Shown here: piece by piece, positions 49,708 to 58,633 of the stretch
Layout of the letters: the number at the start of each line of letters is the position of its first letter
How positions within the stretch are numbered: position 1 is the stretch's first letter
IMG/VR virus record: IMGVR_UViG_3300030104_006170
Reading direction: 5' to 3' (one strand)
From: a virus
Taxonomy: Duplodnaviria; Caudoviricetes
DNA: 64,000 bases
Notes under the pieces: model-generated
Told to the model about the DNA's origin: nothing
Databases searched by the model: none
What the model saw: the letters and a program-made list of their open reading frames with translations, nothing else
Translations under genes and position numbers: made by a program

Positions 49708-50113
49708 GGGGATGACTGGAATTGATTGGCGTAAGTCGATTGGTGTCAGCACGTCAAGCCTGAATTAAGCTTGTAAAACTGATTCATTTTTTTAACTGGC
49801 AAAACAATTGCTAAGTTGGCGACTTTAGGACTTGTCCATGAGGAGTCAACAGTGGCTGTAGCGTAACTAGGTTACGACATAGCTCCATCTCTTCTAAAGA
49901 ATTTAAGATTTGTGTCTTTAGTTTTTGAGGTGTCAAATAGACAAATCGAACCCGGTAAGTTTCCCTCCGGTATACCTAGGGGACTTGGGACTGATTTGAA
50001 GGTTGTTTATTCTATAGAATTAAGTCCGACAACAAAAGAATAAACTAAACGTGTAGGATAGACGTTAGTTGAATGCGAACAAGACGTGGGTTCGAATCCC
50101 ACCATCTCCACCA
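49708..50113 (+). ncRNA. ssrA: tmRNA (406 nt); predicted tag (A)GKTIAKLATLGLVHEESTVAVA* at 49798-49866
   Basis: 5' GGGGATG pairs with 3' CATCTCC-ACCA including G3:U70; T-arm GTGGG-TTCGAAT-CCCAC; TAACT-GGC resume context. Confidence 0.93.
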
Positions 50114-50118
50114 AAAAG

Positions 50119-50141
50119 AAAAGGACCATTTAGGTCCTTTT
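50119..50141. terminator. bidirectional intrinsic terminator
   Basis: AAAAGGACC-ATTTA-GGTCCTTTT between tmRNA and a convergent operon. Confidence 0.85.
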
Positions 50142-50142
50142 T

Positions 50143-51267
50143 TTATTTTAATATTTTAGCTAAACCTATCGGTTCTTTTTGTAGTACTAAACCTAATCCC
50201 TCATTTACCGTTTCACTAATTATTTTACCATCTTTAACGGTAAATCTCACATCTTCAAAACCACCACCTGGACCAAATAATTTTATTATTCCAGATTCAT
50301 GGTTAGGGTCTAGTATTTCTGTACCTACCTCATCTCTTAATCTTGCATTAAGTGTTCTAGATGAGTCGTGCATTTTAATATCACTTACACTATCCACTTC
50401 ACCATTTTTATCTGTGTTTGGTGTGATTGAAAATTGACCTAGTGGTTGTGAGTCCCCACCATAAACTGTAAGTCTAGTAAAAGGAAATGTTCTGTTAGAG
50501 TCGTTTTTCTTAAATTTTGTTTTAAATATCGCTACGGTTAATGCGTTTGCAAATTCATTTATTAATTTTTGTGAAAATTGTCTAGTATAAAAACCTTTTT
50601 GGTTTTTTAAAAATATCCCTTTGGGTTTAATTTTTTCAATTAGGTCTTTCATACCCTCTTTTACTTGAAAGATGTGGTCATTGTCTATAGCTCCATTATC
50701 TATCCATTTTGCAATATCTGTGGTAGGTGATATCCATCCTTCATCCGTGGTATCTTCTTCACCAAAACAACCGTATCTCCCATTACAAAATAAGTATTTA
50801 TTTTCTACAGCTAATTCTTGTTCATACTCACAATTAATATCTACAACTCCTTCAGGTGCTTTGTTATCTACACAATCATTTGTTAAACAATAGTAATTTG
50901 TTGCCCCTGAGTCTAAACAACCGTATATAACTTCTGGTTCTTTTGCTGTTTCTCCACCACCACTTCCATTTTGTACTACGGTTTCTTCTTCTTCACCTAT
51001 AATTTCACAAAGTGGTTTTCTTAACTCTTTAATTACCCTTTGTTCAGCAGCACTTTGTTGTACGAATGGTGAACTCTCCATATCCTTTAATAAACCTTTT
51101 AAAGAACACGCTTGTGATTTGTCCTTAGAGTCAACTATTGATTTGTGGACATCCTTTACCTTTTTATCATTTAGGTTATCTACAGTTGCATCCTTAACCT
51201 TAAGATTAGCAGGGGTGGTAAAATCCCAAGAACTATGTGTGATATTTAAACAACTACAACTTGCCAT
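50143..51267 (-). CDS. hypothetical late protein with one YGCxDxxAxNY motif
   Basis: IYGCLDSGATNYYC; Cys-rich; last gene of a four-gene late operon. Confidence 0.55.
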   Translation of the reverse strand: MASCSCLNITHSSWDFTTPANLKVKDATVDNLNDKKVKDVHKSIVDSKDKSQACSLKGLLKDMESSPFVQQSAAEQRVIKELRKPLCEIIGEEEETVVQNGSGGGETAKEPEVIYGCLDSGATNYYCLTNDCVDNKAPEGVVDINCEYEQELAVENKYLFCNGRYGCFGEEDTTDEGWISPTTDIAKWIDNGAIDNDHIFQVKEGMKDLIEKIKPKGIFLKNQKGFYTRQFSQKLINEFANALTVAIFKTKFKKNDSNRTFPFTRLTVYGGDSQPLGQFSITPNTDKNGEVDSVSDIKMHDSSRTLNARLRDEVGTEILDPNHESGIIKLFGPGGGFEDVRFTVKDGKIISETVNEGLGLVLQKEPIGLAKILK

Positions 51268-51270
51268 ATT

Positions 51271-52974
51271 TTACATCATTTCTTTTACAATGTCCATTAC
51301 TACTTTCATTTTATCTTCACCTTCAGGCCAATCATCTAACATCCCACTTATGAAACCTTCATCTGTGTCTTCCACTTTATCTGGTTCTCCTTGTGTATAA
51401 ATATCAGGTGTGTTTTTTGCTACCGTTCTAGCAGCTGCATTAAAATCTAGTGGATTATACTTTCTTAAACAGTCATCGTAAGTTTTGCCCTCACAATTTT
51501 GCAGTAGTACTGCGAGTAAAGCACCGTCTATTGGTCCACGTTTTCTACTGTAGTACTTTATGTCACCATCCCTTAGAACACTTCTGTACCTTGGCCAATT
51601 TTTTCCTACTGTTTCCAGGTATTTTGTTCTATCTTCAACTGAAGATGATGTTGTCCATCTTTTACTCTCTAATTCATTTGCGACATCTTTTATTTGGGTA
51701 TCTCCCAAAAATCTTGATACTGGGTATGGTGATATTTTGACTGACATATCTTTAAGTGCATTTTCCAATGTACCTGTGGTCCCTGATACCTTATTTTCCC
51801 ACATATAACAAATCTGTGATGCTGCTAAAACACTAGGGGCATCATTATAGACCGCCATAACTGCTGTATCATCTACTGTGTTTGGTATAAGATTTCCTAC
51901 TAGTGCGTCTTGTATCTTTTCTGCTTGTTCTAAAGCCTCCGCATCTGTGTAACCACCGTATTCTTCCACAAACCTTTTATTTGCCATTACATCTATATAC
52001 ATATCTGGAGTTAAACCTGCTTTTGCTTTACCCATAGTATTGTATGCCCAATCCATAAAATAATTAATCCCAAGGGTTATCGTTACCCAACCAAGAAGTA
52101 CTCTTCCTTGTATTGTCGTAAATAACCAGTTAAGTAAATTTTTCCCTTTCAATGCAACATATTCCCAACCGGTTCGTTTTATCGCCTTTTGGTAAATACT
52201 TTTAACCAATGGGTCGTCAGATTTCCTACCCATCATTGTAGCTAAATCCCCAATTCCAAAATCTTCTCTAACTAGTCTTTGGAATTCCTTTGAGTTTTTT
52301 AATATTTTTATCATCTCATCTTGGTAGTTTGGGTGATTTATTAAAGCCCCGAATATATCTTCTAACCTGCCCTTTCCACCAATTGTACCTGAGGTACTTA
52401 TATTGTTCATAATTTTAGTTATCTGTTCTTCTGGTATTTCTATTTGTTTTAACACCATTCTAAACTCATCTAAATTTTTAACTTTAACTACACCTGAAAT
52501 TGCGTCAATTAATGGTTTTTGAAATTCCGATGGTTTTCCTTTGATTAAGATGGTTGATACGTCTTCCATTGTCTCTCTAGCTATACGGTTTATCGCTATC
52601 AAAAATTCATCTTCCCCTTTACTCCAAGACTTACCCAGAGAATTTGCCTGAGATTCACTTATTTCTATACCCGCACCTTTAAATCTTTTCTTAAGAGCTT
52701 GTCCATTATTTCTTATTACAGCATTTGTTTTTTCCATAACTTCAGATAACACCTCCACCATATTAGAATTTTTAACTAATTTAGTGATAGGTATAATTCC
52801 TACCGCATCTCCAAACTCTCTTTTTATAGTTTTACCTAGTGCTATCATAGGTGAGTCACCGGCCTTTAGTAAACCTCTAAAAAATCTTAGTAAACTAGAC
52901 TGTTCTAAAATTAAGGGTTTTAATCCCATTATTTTACGAGTTCGATTTATTTCAGTTAAAATTGTTTTTTTCAT
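51271..52974 (-). CDS. class-B leader protein with hydrophobic helix and weak annexin-like repeat
   Basis: MKKTILTEINRTRKIMGLKPLILEQ; VLLGWVTITLGINYF; AEKIQDALVG...DDTAV. Confidence 0.5.
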   Translation of the reverse strand: MKKTILTEINRTRKIMGLKPLILEQSSLLRFFRGLLKAGDSPMIALGKTIKREFGDAVGIIPITKLVKNSNMVEVLSEVMEKTNAVIRNNGQALKKRFKGAGIEISESQANSLGKSWSKGEDEFLIAINRIARETMEDVSTILIKGKPSEFQKPLIDAISGVVKVKNLDEFRMVLKQIEIPEEQITKIMNNISTSGTIGGKGRLEDIFGALINHPNYQDEMIKILKNSKEFQRLVREDFGIGDLATMMGRKSDDPLVKSIYQKAIKRTGWEYVALKGKNLLNWLFTTIQGRVLLGWVTITLGINYFMDWAYNTMGKAKAGLTPDMYIDVMANKRFVEEYGGYTDAEALEQAEKIQDALVGNLIPNTVDDTAVMAVYNDAPSVLAASQICYMWENKVSGTTGTLENALKDMSVKISPYPVSRFLGDTQIKDVANELESKRWTTSSSVEDRTKYLETVGKNWPRYRSVLRDGDIKYYSRKRGPIDGALLAVLLQNCEGKTYDDCLRKYNPLDFNAAARTVAKNTPDIYTQGEPDKVEDTDEGFISGMLDDWPEGEDKMKVVMDIVKEMM

Positions 52975-52984
52975 TTTTCTTTTT

Positions 52985-54235
52985 TTAATATGCTAACCCT
53001 GCTTCATCATAAATTTTATATAATGTTTCTATATCGGATTGTTTCTTACTTGTAAATAGTCTTGTAAAAACTTTACAATTTTTTAAATAGTTAGGGTATT
53101 TTGATATAAGTTCTGGTGCAACCTCCTGTATTAATTCATACACTATAACATATTCGTTTTGGTACCCATCAGGTCTCCATCCTTTTTGCCACTCTTTCCA
53201 AACATTATCTTCTGTAAAGTCTTTTGTTGGGTAATCTTGTTTCCAAGCAAATTCTATCGACATTTCTCCATCACCATCCCAAGTGTATACTTTTCCAGTA
53301 CAGTCAAATGGTGTAGTTGTAATAGCTCCTTTAACATTACCATTATTCTCTAAAATTTTATTCCATAAAATAAGTCCCAATTTAGGTTTATCTTTTAACC
53401 AATCAGAAAATGAATTCTTTCCAGCTATTACTTCAATAAGTTCTGCTGGTAGTTGTGGGTCATACCAACACATTTCTATAAAAATAACCAATGCTCTAAT
53501 TAAGTATTCTGCTCCACTCATCATAGTTTCAAGACCTGGTATACTACCGTAATAAGCTCTAGCTGTAGCTTTTGCTGCTGTAAAACCAGCCAATAGTTCT
53601 CTTGCTAAAGACTTAGGAAATATTTTTCTAGCTAATTTTACTTGTTTTGGTGTTAACTTGGCCACTTCTTGAGCTACTGTACGACTAATATTTTTTGACC
53701 CATTCCAAGCTGTTTTAAATATTATATTTAAAGGTGTTTTTAATGGTTTTGCGACATATTTAAGAGCTTCACCACCTGGTACAACAGCGAAAGCTAGTTG
53801 CATTCCTGCGGAATAATAATCATTCTTAGTATAAACATATAAAAGTGCATTACATATATCTGCAACAACTGATATTATACAACCAGCACCAGCAGTAAAA
53901 CCACAAAGTAAATAAGCTACAAAAGAAATAGCGTCAATAACATAGTGATACCATGAATCGGATGCACTTACACTAGAACTACTAGACTTACTAGTATTGT
54001 AATCTTTACCACCATACTGTAAATCAAAATAGGTGTCATAAACTGTTCTTTGTTCCCTAACTTCTTCTTTCCTTTTAGAATTGTCTTTTTCAGGTCCGTA
54101 CAATTTTTCTAGATTTCTTATCACCTCACGAAATTGTTCAGGGGAAGTTATTTTGTCTTCTTCTCTAATATCCATAATAGACTCAACTATTAAGTTAACC
54201 AGTTCCTTATGTGTTAATTTTATGGTATTTTTCAT
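52985..54235 (-). CDS. class-A leader protein with pre-toxin TG-like hydrophobic hairpin
   Basis: MKNTIKLTHKELVNLIVES; ADICNALLYV..KNDYYSAGMQLAFAVVPGG. Confidence 0.55.
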   Translation of the reverse strand: MKNTIKLTHKELVNLIVESIMDIREEDKITSPEQFREVIRNLEKLYGPEKDNSKRKEEVREQRTVYDTYFDLQYGGKDYNTSKSSSSSVSASDSWYHYVIDAISFVAYLLCGFTAGAGCIISVVADICNALLYVYTKNDYYSAGMQLAFAVVPGGEALKYVAKPLKTPLNIIFKTAWNGSKNISRTVAQEVAKLTPKQVKLARKIFPKSLARELLAGFTAAKATARAYYGSIPGLETMMSGAEYLIRALVIFIEMCWYDPQLPAELIEVIAGKNSFSDWLKDKPKLGLILWNKILENNGNVKGAITTTPFDCTGKVYTWDGDGEMSIEFAWKQDYPTKDFTEDNVWKEWQKGWRPDGYQNEYVIVYELIQEVAPELISKYPNYLKNCKVFTRLFTSKKQSDIETLYKIYDEAGLAY

Positions 54236-54236
54236 A

Positions 54237-54983
54237 TTAGTATAATGGATTTGCTTTACCTCTTCCTGGTTGATAAGAGTCTGACCATTTGGTATTTCCT
54301 AGTTGATTGGCCACACCTCTTGCTATTCCAGAATCCCAAACACCCATACTGGCTGTCCCAGCTCCTGCGGCATCATCAGATTCCCCACTTTCAGTCCCAG
54401 CCTCTTGTTCACCTAATTCATAATTCATAAGTATTTCAGAATCCTCAACTCCAGACATGTAACTATCTTCTGGACCATCACTATCAAAATTATAACCTTT
54501 TTTAATTTTAGAGTAGTTAGTTTCTGGCTCAGTAAAACCTTCATCACCTAATTCTGGTTGGGAACCTAGAGCTCCCTTACTTTGGAAATCATATGCGTTA
54601 TCACCTTCTGAGTCATCTGCGTATCCACCTTGTAGACCAGACATTATTTCTTCTCCTAAATCTAGTGTTATTACTTCTTCTTCATGATGGTCTTCGTGTT
54701 CGTCATAATCAAATGAGTTGGCTACACTGTCTATATTATCCGCCATTTGTGCAATTTTAGACTCCATCCAATCTTCTAACTGTTCATTATCCCCCAATCT
54801 ATCATGAACACTTTGTGCTTTTTTAGCGATATTATAAAGTTGTTGTTTTGCCATATAAGAACCGTGGTGTTTTTTTTCGTGTTTTGGTTTAACGTCACCA
54901 CACCCCTCATTTATCTGGTTTTCCGATGAGGTACCAAATATAAGTTCCTTAACTCTAGCAATTTCTTCTTGTATAGTAGGCAT
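54237..54983 (-). CDS. class-B leader protein, acidic, with helical domain and W..(S)..RG.AN.L double motif
   Basis: MPTIQEEIARVKELIFG; YMAKQQL...WMESKI; VWDSGIARGVANQL and KWSDSYQPGRGKANPL. Confidence 0.55.
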   Translation of the reverse strand: MPTIQEEIARVKELIFGTSSENQINEGCGDVKPKHEKKHHGSYMAKQQLYNIAKKAQSVHDRLGDNEQLEDWMESKIAQMADNIDSVANSFDYDEHEDHHEEEVITLDLGEEIMSGLQGGYADDSEGDNAYDFQSKGALGSQPELGDEGFTEPETNYSKIKKGYNFDSDGPEDSYMSGVEDSEILMNYELGEQEAGTESGESDDAAGAGTASMGVWDSGIARGVANQLGNTKWSDSYQPGRGKANPLY

Positions 54984-55003
54984 ATTATAATATATTATAT
55001 ATA

Positions 55004-55011
55004 TATAAATA
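55004..55011 (-). promoter_or_regulatory. candidate phage late promoter TATTTATA (four-gene leader operon)
   Basis: 20 nt before ATG 54983. Confidence 0.55.
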
Positions 55012-55041
55012 TAACAAAGGTGGACTAATTGCCTACCTTAT

Positions 55042-55320
55042 CTAAAATATTAAGTTTCGGTTTTGATTTACGTAAATACTTAAACCCTCTTTTAATTCAT
55101 ACGGGTTTATTTTTCTTTGTAATTGTAGGTATCCGGTGTCATCATCTTCAGAGTCATACCAGTCAACTTCATCAAATAAATCACAGACATCAACTAATTC
55201 TTCAAATAAAATTTCTAAGGTTGCGGTAGTTTCCACTTCATCTTCTACCACAGTAAATTCAACTTCTACTGTTTCTCTTTGTTCATTCACAAAAAATGAA
55301 TGTATTTCTTCTATTACCAT
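55042..55320 (-). CDS. acidic hypothetical protein
   Basis: ORF tiles region. Confidence 0.55.
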   Translation of the reverse strand: MVIEEIHSFFVNEQRETVEVEFTVVEDEVETTATLEILFEELVDVCDLFDEVDWYDSEDDDTGYLQLQRKINPYELKEGLSIYVNQNRNLIF

Positions 55321-55367
55321 AATATTAAATCTTTTGTAATTTAAATATTATGTAATATTAAAAAATC

Positions 55368-55778
55368 TTAAAGTCTTCTAGATTTTAACCAGAAAATTTC
55401 TCTACCAGCACGAGTTTCTAAAGCTCTTAATTTTTGTTTAGACCTTTTTAAATTTAAATCTTCAGACTTTTCTAAATCTTCCATTAAAAAAGATGTGAAC
55501 TCCAGTACGTCAGCATTTAATTCTTCTACATATTGTACCCTATCTTGGAGTTGCATAATTTGTTCTTCCATTAAACCCATTATTTCTTCAGGGGAAAGAA
55601 TTTGTTCTATTTCATCTTCTAACGCTTCTAAATCAGCATCCACCATTTCATCGTCTTCTAGGGTTGGGTCGTCACCACGAAGAGTAGCTAACACTTCATC
55701 GTCACCTAATTCTTGTTCTACAATTTTTTTAATAAGTCCAGTTAACTGTGCTTCTGTTAAGGTTAATTTTTTTGCCAT
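55368..55778 (-). CDS. class-A leader protein, acidic coiled coil
   Basis: MAKKLTLTEAQLTGLIKKIVEQE; late motif upstream. Confidence 0.6.
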   Translation of the reverse strand: MAKKLTLTEAQLTGLIKKIVEQELGDDEVLATLRGDDPTLEDDEMVDADLEALEDEIEQILSPEEIMGLMEEQIMQLQDRVQYVEELNADVLEFTSFLMEDLEKSEDLNLKRSKQKLRALETRAGREIFWLKSRRL

Positions 55779-55820
55779 TGTTAATTATTTTATATACATA
55801 TAAATATACCCATCTTTTTG

Positions 55821-55851
55821 TTTGGTGTTGTATTTATTTTTTGTATCTTTG
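55821..55851 (+). promoter_or_regulatory. Bacteroidota-type -33/-7 promoter
   Basis: TTTG-N19-TATCTTTG, then TAAGT-ATG (55857). Confidence 0.7.
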
Positions 55852-55856
55852 TAAGT

Positions 55857-56018
55857 ATGAAAGAAAAATTAAAAACACATAAATTAGTAGGAGTATCTTT
55901 AAGTGACCATCAAAAAAATGTGGCTATCGGAAAGTTAAAACAAAAAGGTTTAGCTCACGATGCTTACTGGAGTATGGGAAAGTCCTACTATTGGATTAAA
56001 CGAGGAAATAAAATTTAA
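55857..56018 (+). CDS. small basic hypothetical protein (start moved to 55857)
   Basis: ATG 5 nt after the -7 element. Confidence 0.5.
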   Translation: MKEKLKTHKLVGVSLSDHQKNVAIGKLKQKGLAHDAYWSMGKSYYWIKRGNKI

Positions 56019-56031
56019 AAATAACTTAAAA

Positions 56032-56232
56032 ATGGGACATTGGGAAGACTTTTGGTATGAAATCACCGAAGACATTAATAAAAAAGGTTTAAAAAAAGAA
56101 TTTGATGCTCAATTAGCAAAAATGAATAATCAAGACAAACATAAATACAAAGATTCTAGGGGCAGATGGGATTATGCATATCATAAGGTCATAAAACTTT
56201 ATGAAAATAAAAAATCAAAAACTGTTGTATAA
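56032..56232 (+). CDS. small hypothetical protein (start moved to MGHWEDFW at 56032)
   Basis: A-rich initiation context; followed by terminator. Confidence 0.55.
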   Translation: MGHWEDFWYEITEDINKKGLKKEFDAQLAKMNNQDKHKYKDSRGRWDYAYHKVIKLYENKKSKTVV

Positions 56233-56235
56233 TAA

Positions 56236-56261
56236 AAAACCCTGACCGAAGTCAGGGTTTT
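56236..56261. terminator. bidirectional intrinsic terminator
   Basis: AAAACCCTGAC-CGAA-GTCAGGGTTTT. Confidence 0.88.
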
Positions 56262-56282
56262 CTAATCTATATGCCCTACTAA

Positions 56283-56708
56283 TTAGAACTTGTACGAGAA
56301 ACCTAGATTGAAAGTTCCCTCTCTCTCACCAGCTTCATCTTCTTTTAATCCCATACTGTATCTTGGCTCAACATTAAGACCTTTCCATACATTGTAAGAA
56401 TAACCGACACCAACAGTCATGTTGTCCATCATTTCTTCCGTAGGAGCTTGAAGAGATACGAATGTGTTAGCATTCCAGTTGTATCTTCCCCATAAGTCAT
56501 AAGTCATTTCACCTTCAGCATCTTCGCCAGCTTGAATCATACCCACAGTCCAAGTGTCATTCAATGCATAACCAAAACCTAAGTTTTGAGTTACTTTGTC
56601 CATTGTTTCTTCTTGGTCACCGTCATAGGTTCCTATGACCATGAAATTCTGAGCTGATGCAAATAACGTTGATAAGGCTACAGCGGATGTTAAAATCAAT
56701 TTTTTCAT
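56283..56708 (-). CDS. small outer-membrane beta-barrel protein
   Basis: Signal peptide MKKLILTSAVALSTLFASA-Q; alternating amphipathic strands; C-terminal FNLGFSYKF beta-signal. Confidence 0.8.
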   Translation of the reverse strand: MKKLILTSAVALSTLFASAQNFMVIGTYDGDQEETMDKVTQNLGFGYALNDTWTVGMIQAGEDAEGEMTYDLWGRYNWNANTFVSLQAPTEEMMDNMTVGVGYSYNVWKGLNVEPRYSMGLKEDEAGEREGTFNLGFSYKF

Positions 56709-56790
56709 TTGTTTTTTTTCTTTTAACTTTTATACTCTTGATTTTACTTATTTAACGAGACACTCAAAAGTAGGAGCCTCTTTTTTTTAC

Positions 56791-57015
56791 TTACTTTTTA
56801 GTAAAAAATGATGCTAATAACACTAATACTACAAGTCCTACAAACCCACCTTCTCCAAGTGAAGTAATAAGTGCAGTAAGGTTAGCTACCACATCCATGT
56901 TGAAAATAGCACCACCGGTTAATACATACCATAGGATTGATACTGGGATAACTGCCATCATAATACCACCTAAACCAGCGAAAAATCCTGTTACATATTT
57001 CATTACTGAATCCAT
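56791..57015 (-). CDS. small two-TM inner-membrane protein
   Basis: Two long hydrophobic stretches; KK C-terminus; upstream of barrel gene on the same strand. Confidence 0.7.
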   Translation of the reverse strand: MDSVMKYVTGFFAGLGGIMMAVIPVSILWYVLTGGAIFNMDVVANLTALITSLGEGGFVGLVVLVLLASFFTKK

Positions 57016-57061
57016 AATTTAAAATTTTTAAATTCGTTTATATCTTTTAAGTTCCGGTAAC

Positions 57062-57069
57062 CAAAAGAT
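57062..57069 (-). promoter_or_regulatory. Bacteroidota-type -7 element for the membrane-protein pair
   Basis: Minus strand TATCTTTG about 47 nt before ATG 57015. Confidence 0.5.
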
Positions 57070-57265
57070 AACTATCATAATTTGGATATCCTCTTTGTGA
57101 TAGTCTTGTTAATATGTACCGCTTAATTTTAAAAAGTCAATATATTTTAAAAAAATAGGGTTTTGGGGTCAAAATATGGTAAAAATTAAGCTGTATGGGG
57201 TGGATTATACGATAAATCTCTATTGATTTTTGAGTAAATTTGTGTTATTTTTTAATAAAAATGCT

Positions 57266-58228
57266 ATGGGATTAAAGAATATTAAGAAACAAAATAAAGG
57301 TTATGATATCTCCATTTTAGATTTATTGAGGTTATTAGACCCATCTAAAACTGGAAAATTTATGTCGATTTTACTAAGTGAGTTGAAGTCTATTCCTGCT
57401 CATGAGTATGGAGATTATACAGATAATTTAGAAGTTAATACTGAACATTTACCTCCAGTAGCAAGAGTAATGCTTAACTATCTAGTAGAATTAGTTGGTG
57501 GTTTAGAGTCGGTAAATTCACTACACAAGTTTAATGCTTTACTAGATAGAAAATTAATAAAACAGAATGATATACAAAAGTACCCAAATCTTAATGAGAT
57601 TGTAGATGTGGTATATAAGAAAGAATTGGAGTTGGCGGATAAGAGTTTAGATGGTCATCATGATGTACTTTTAGATGATGATTTTTTAATTATAAAGCCC
57701 TTAAATATTATATCTAGTAGAAAATATGGTGCGTCTACTAAGTGGTGCACATCGTCTAATAATCCAGAAACATTTTATGATTATTCTCGTAGAGGAATTA
57801 TTTTATATGTTATAAATAGAGATACTAACGAGAAGATTGGTGTTTATTATGAACTTAAAACCAACGAATTGTCTTGGTGGGATAGTAAAGATGATAGGAT
57901 AGATGGTTTAATGGTTAATTTACCTAAAAACGTAAAAAACTTCATTTTAGAGTATATTTTAAACGAAAAACACCCAAATAGTCATTATTTTAACACAGAA
58001 ACTAAAGAATTGTCAAATAAACCTACAAATGAAATGGTTTTACCTAACACAACAGGACGTTTCGCTAACCCAATACCATTTAGTGGTGTGTGGCGTAACT
58101 CTACTGACAGTCCTACCTGGACCCCTACTACTACTAATGATGAAAAAATAGATGAATTAGTTTGTAAAACTATGGAATACCATTATACTATTAAAGCTTT
58201 AAAAGAAGGTGGTGAAGAAATGAGTTAA
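57266..58228 (+). CDS. hypothetical phage protein with YG..T.WC motif (start moved to 57266)
   Basis: IIKPLN..SSRKYGASTKWCTS; TAAATTTG at 57235-57242. Confidence 0.6.
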   Translation: MGLKNIKKQNKGYDISILDLLRLLDPSKTGKFMSILLSELKSIPAHEYGDYTDNLEVNTEHLPPVARVMLNYLVELVGGLESVNSLHKFNALLDRKLIKQNDIQKYPNLNEIVDVVYKKELELADKSLDGHHDVLLDDDFLIIKPLNIISSRKYGASTKWCTSSNNPETFYDYSRRGIILYVINRDTNEKIGVYYELKTNELSWWDSKDDRIDGLMVNLPKNVKNFILEYILNEKHPNSHYFNTETKELSNKPTNEMVLPNTTGRFANPIPFSGVWRNSTDSPTWTPTTTNDEKIDELVCKTMEYHYTIKALKEGGEEMS

Positions 58229-58543
58229 TTAACTCATGTAGTATTTTAACTTTTCAGAATATACATTTTCTGGTTGTACACCCTGTAATGTCTCCATTAC
58301 ATCTCCTTTTTTAAAGATTTTTACACTAGGAATTCCTCTTATACCATATCTAGCCGCTACCTCTCTTTGTACATCTACATTAACTTTATATACGTTATCT
58401 GGAAAGGTTTGGGAGAGTTTACTTATCGTTGGGGTCAACATTCTGCATGGTCCACACCATGGGGCCCAAAAATCAATTAGTACAGCTTTTTTTTCAGTAT
58501 CATTTATAATTGAGTCAAATTGTTTTGTTGTTGTAATATCCAT
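58229..58543 (-). CDS. trxA: thioredoxin
   Basis: DFWAPWCGPCR, VNVD, YGIRGIP. Confidence 0.95.
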   Translation of the reverse strand: MDITTTKQFDSIINDTEKKAVLIDFWAPWCGPCRMLTPTISKLSQTFPDNVYKVNVDVQREVAARYGIRGIPSVKIFKKGDVMETLQGVQPENVYSEKLKYYMS

Positions 58544-58598
58544 AATTATTTTTTTTTAAAACTACTAATACTTTAACTAATAATAAATAGACTTTTAA

Positions 58599-58629
58599 TT
58601 GTTTAAATCATTTAATTTTATTATCTTTG
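58599..58629 (+). promoter_or_regulatory. Bacteroidota-type -33/-7 promoter, 4 nt before ATG
   Basis: TTG-N20-TATCTTTG-TAGT-ATG. Confidence 0.72.
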
Positions 58630-58633
58630 TAGT

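Noticed and set aside
50080-50113. Stand-alone tRNA gene
   Set aside because: The T-arm and CCA pair with GGGGATG 400 nt upstream and there is no anticodon arm; it is the tRNA-like domain of tmRNA.
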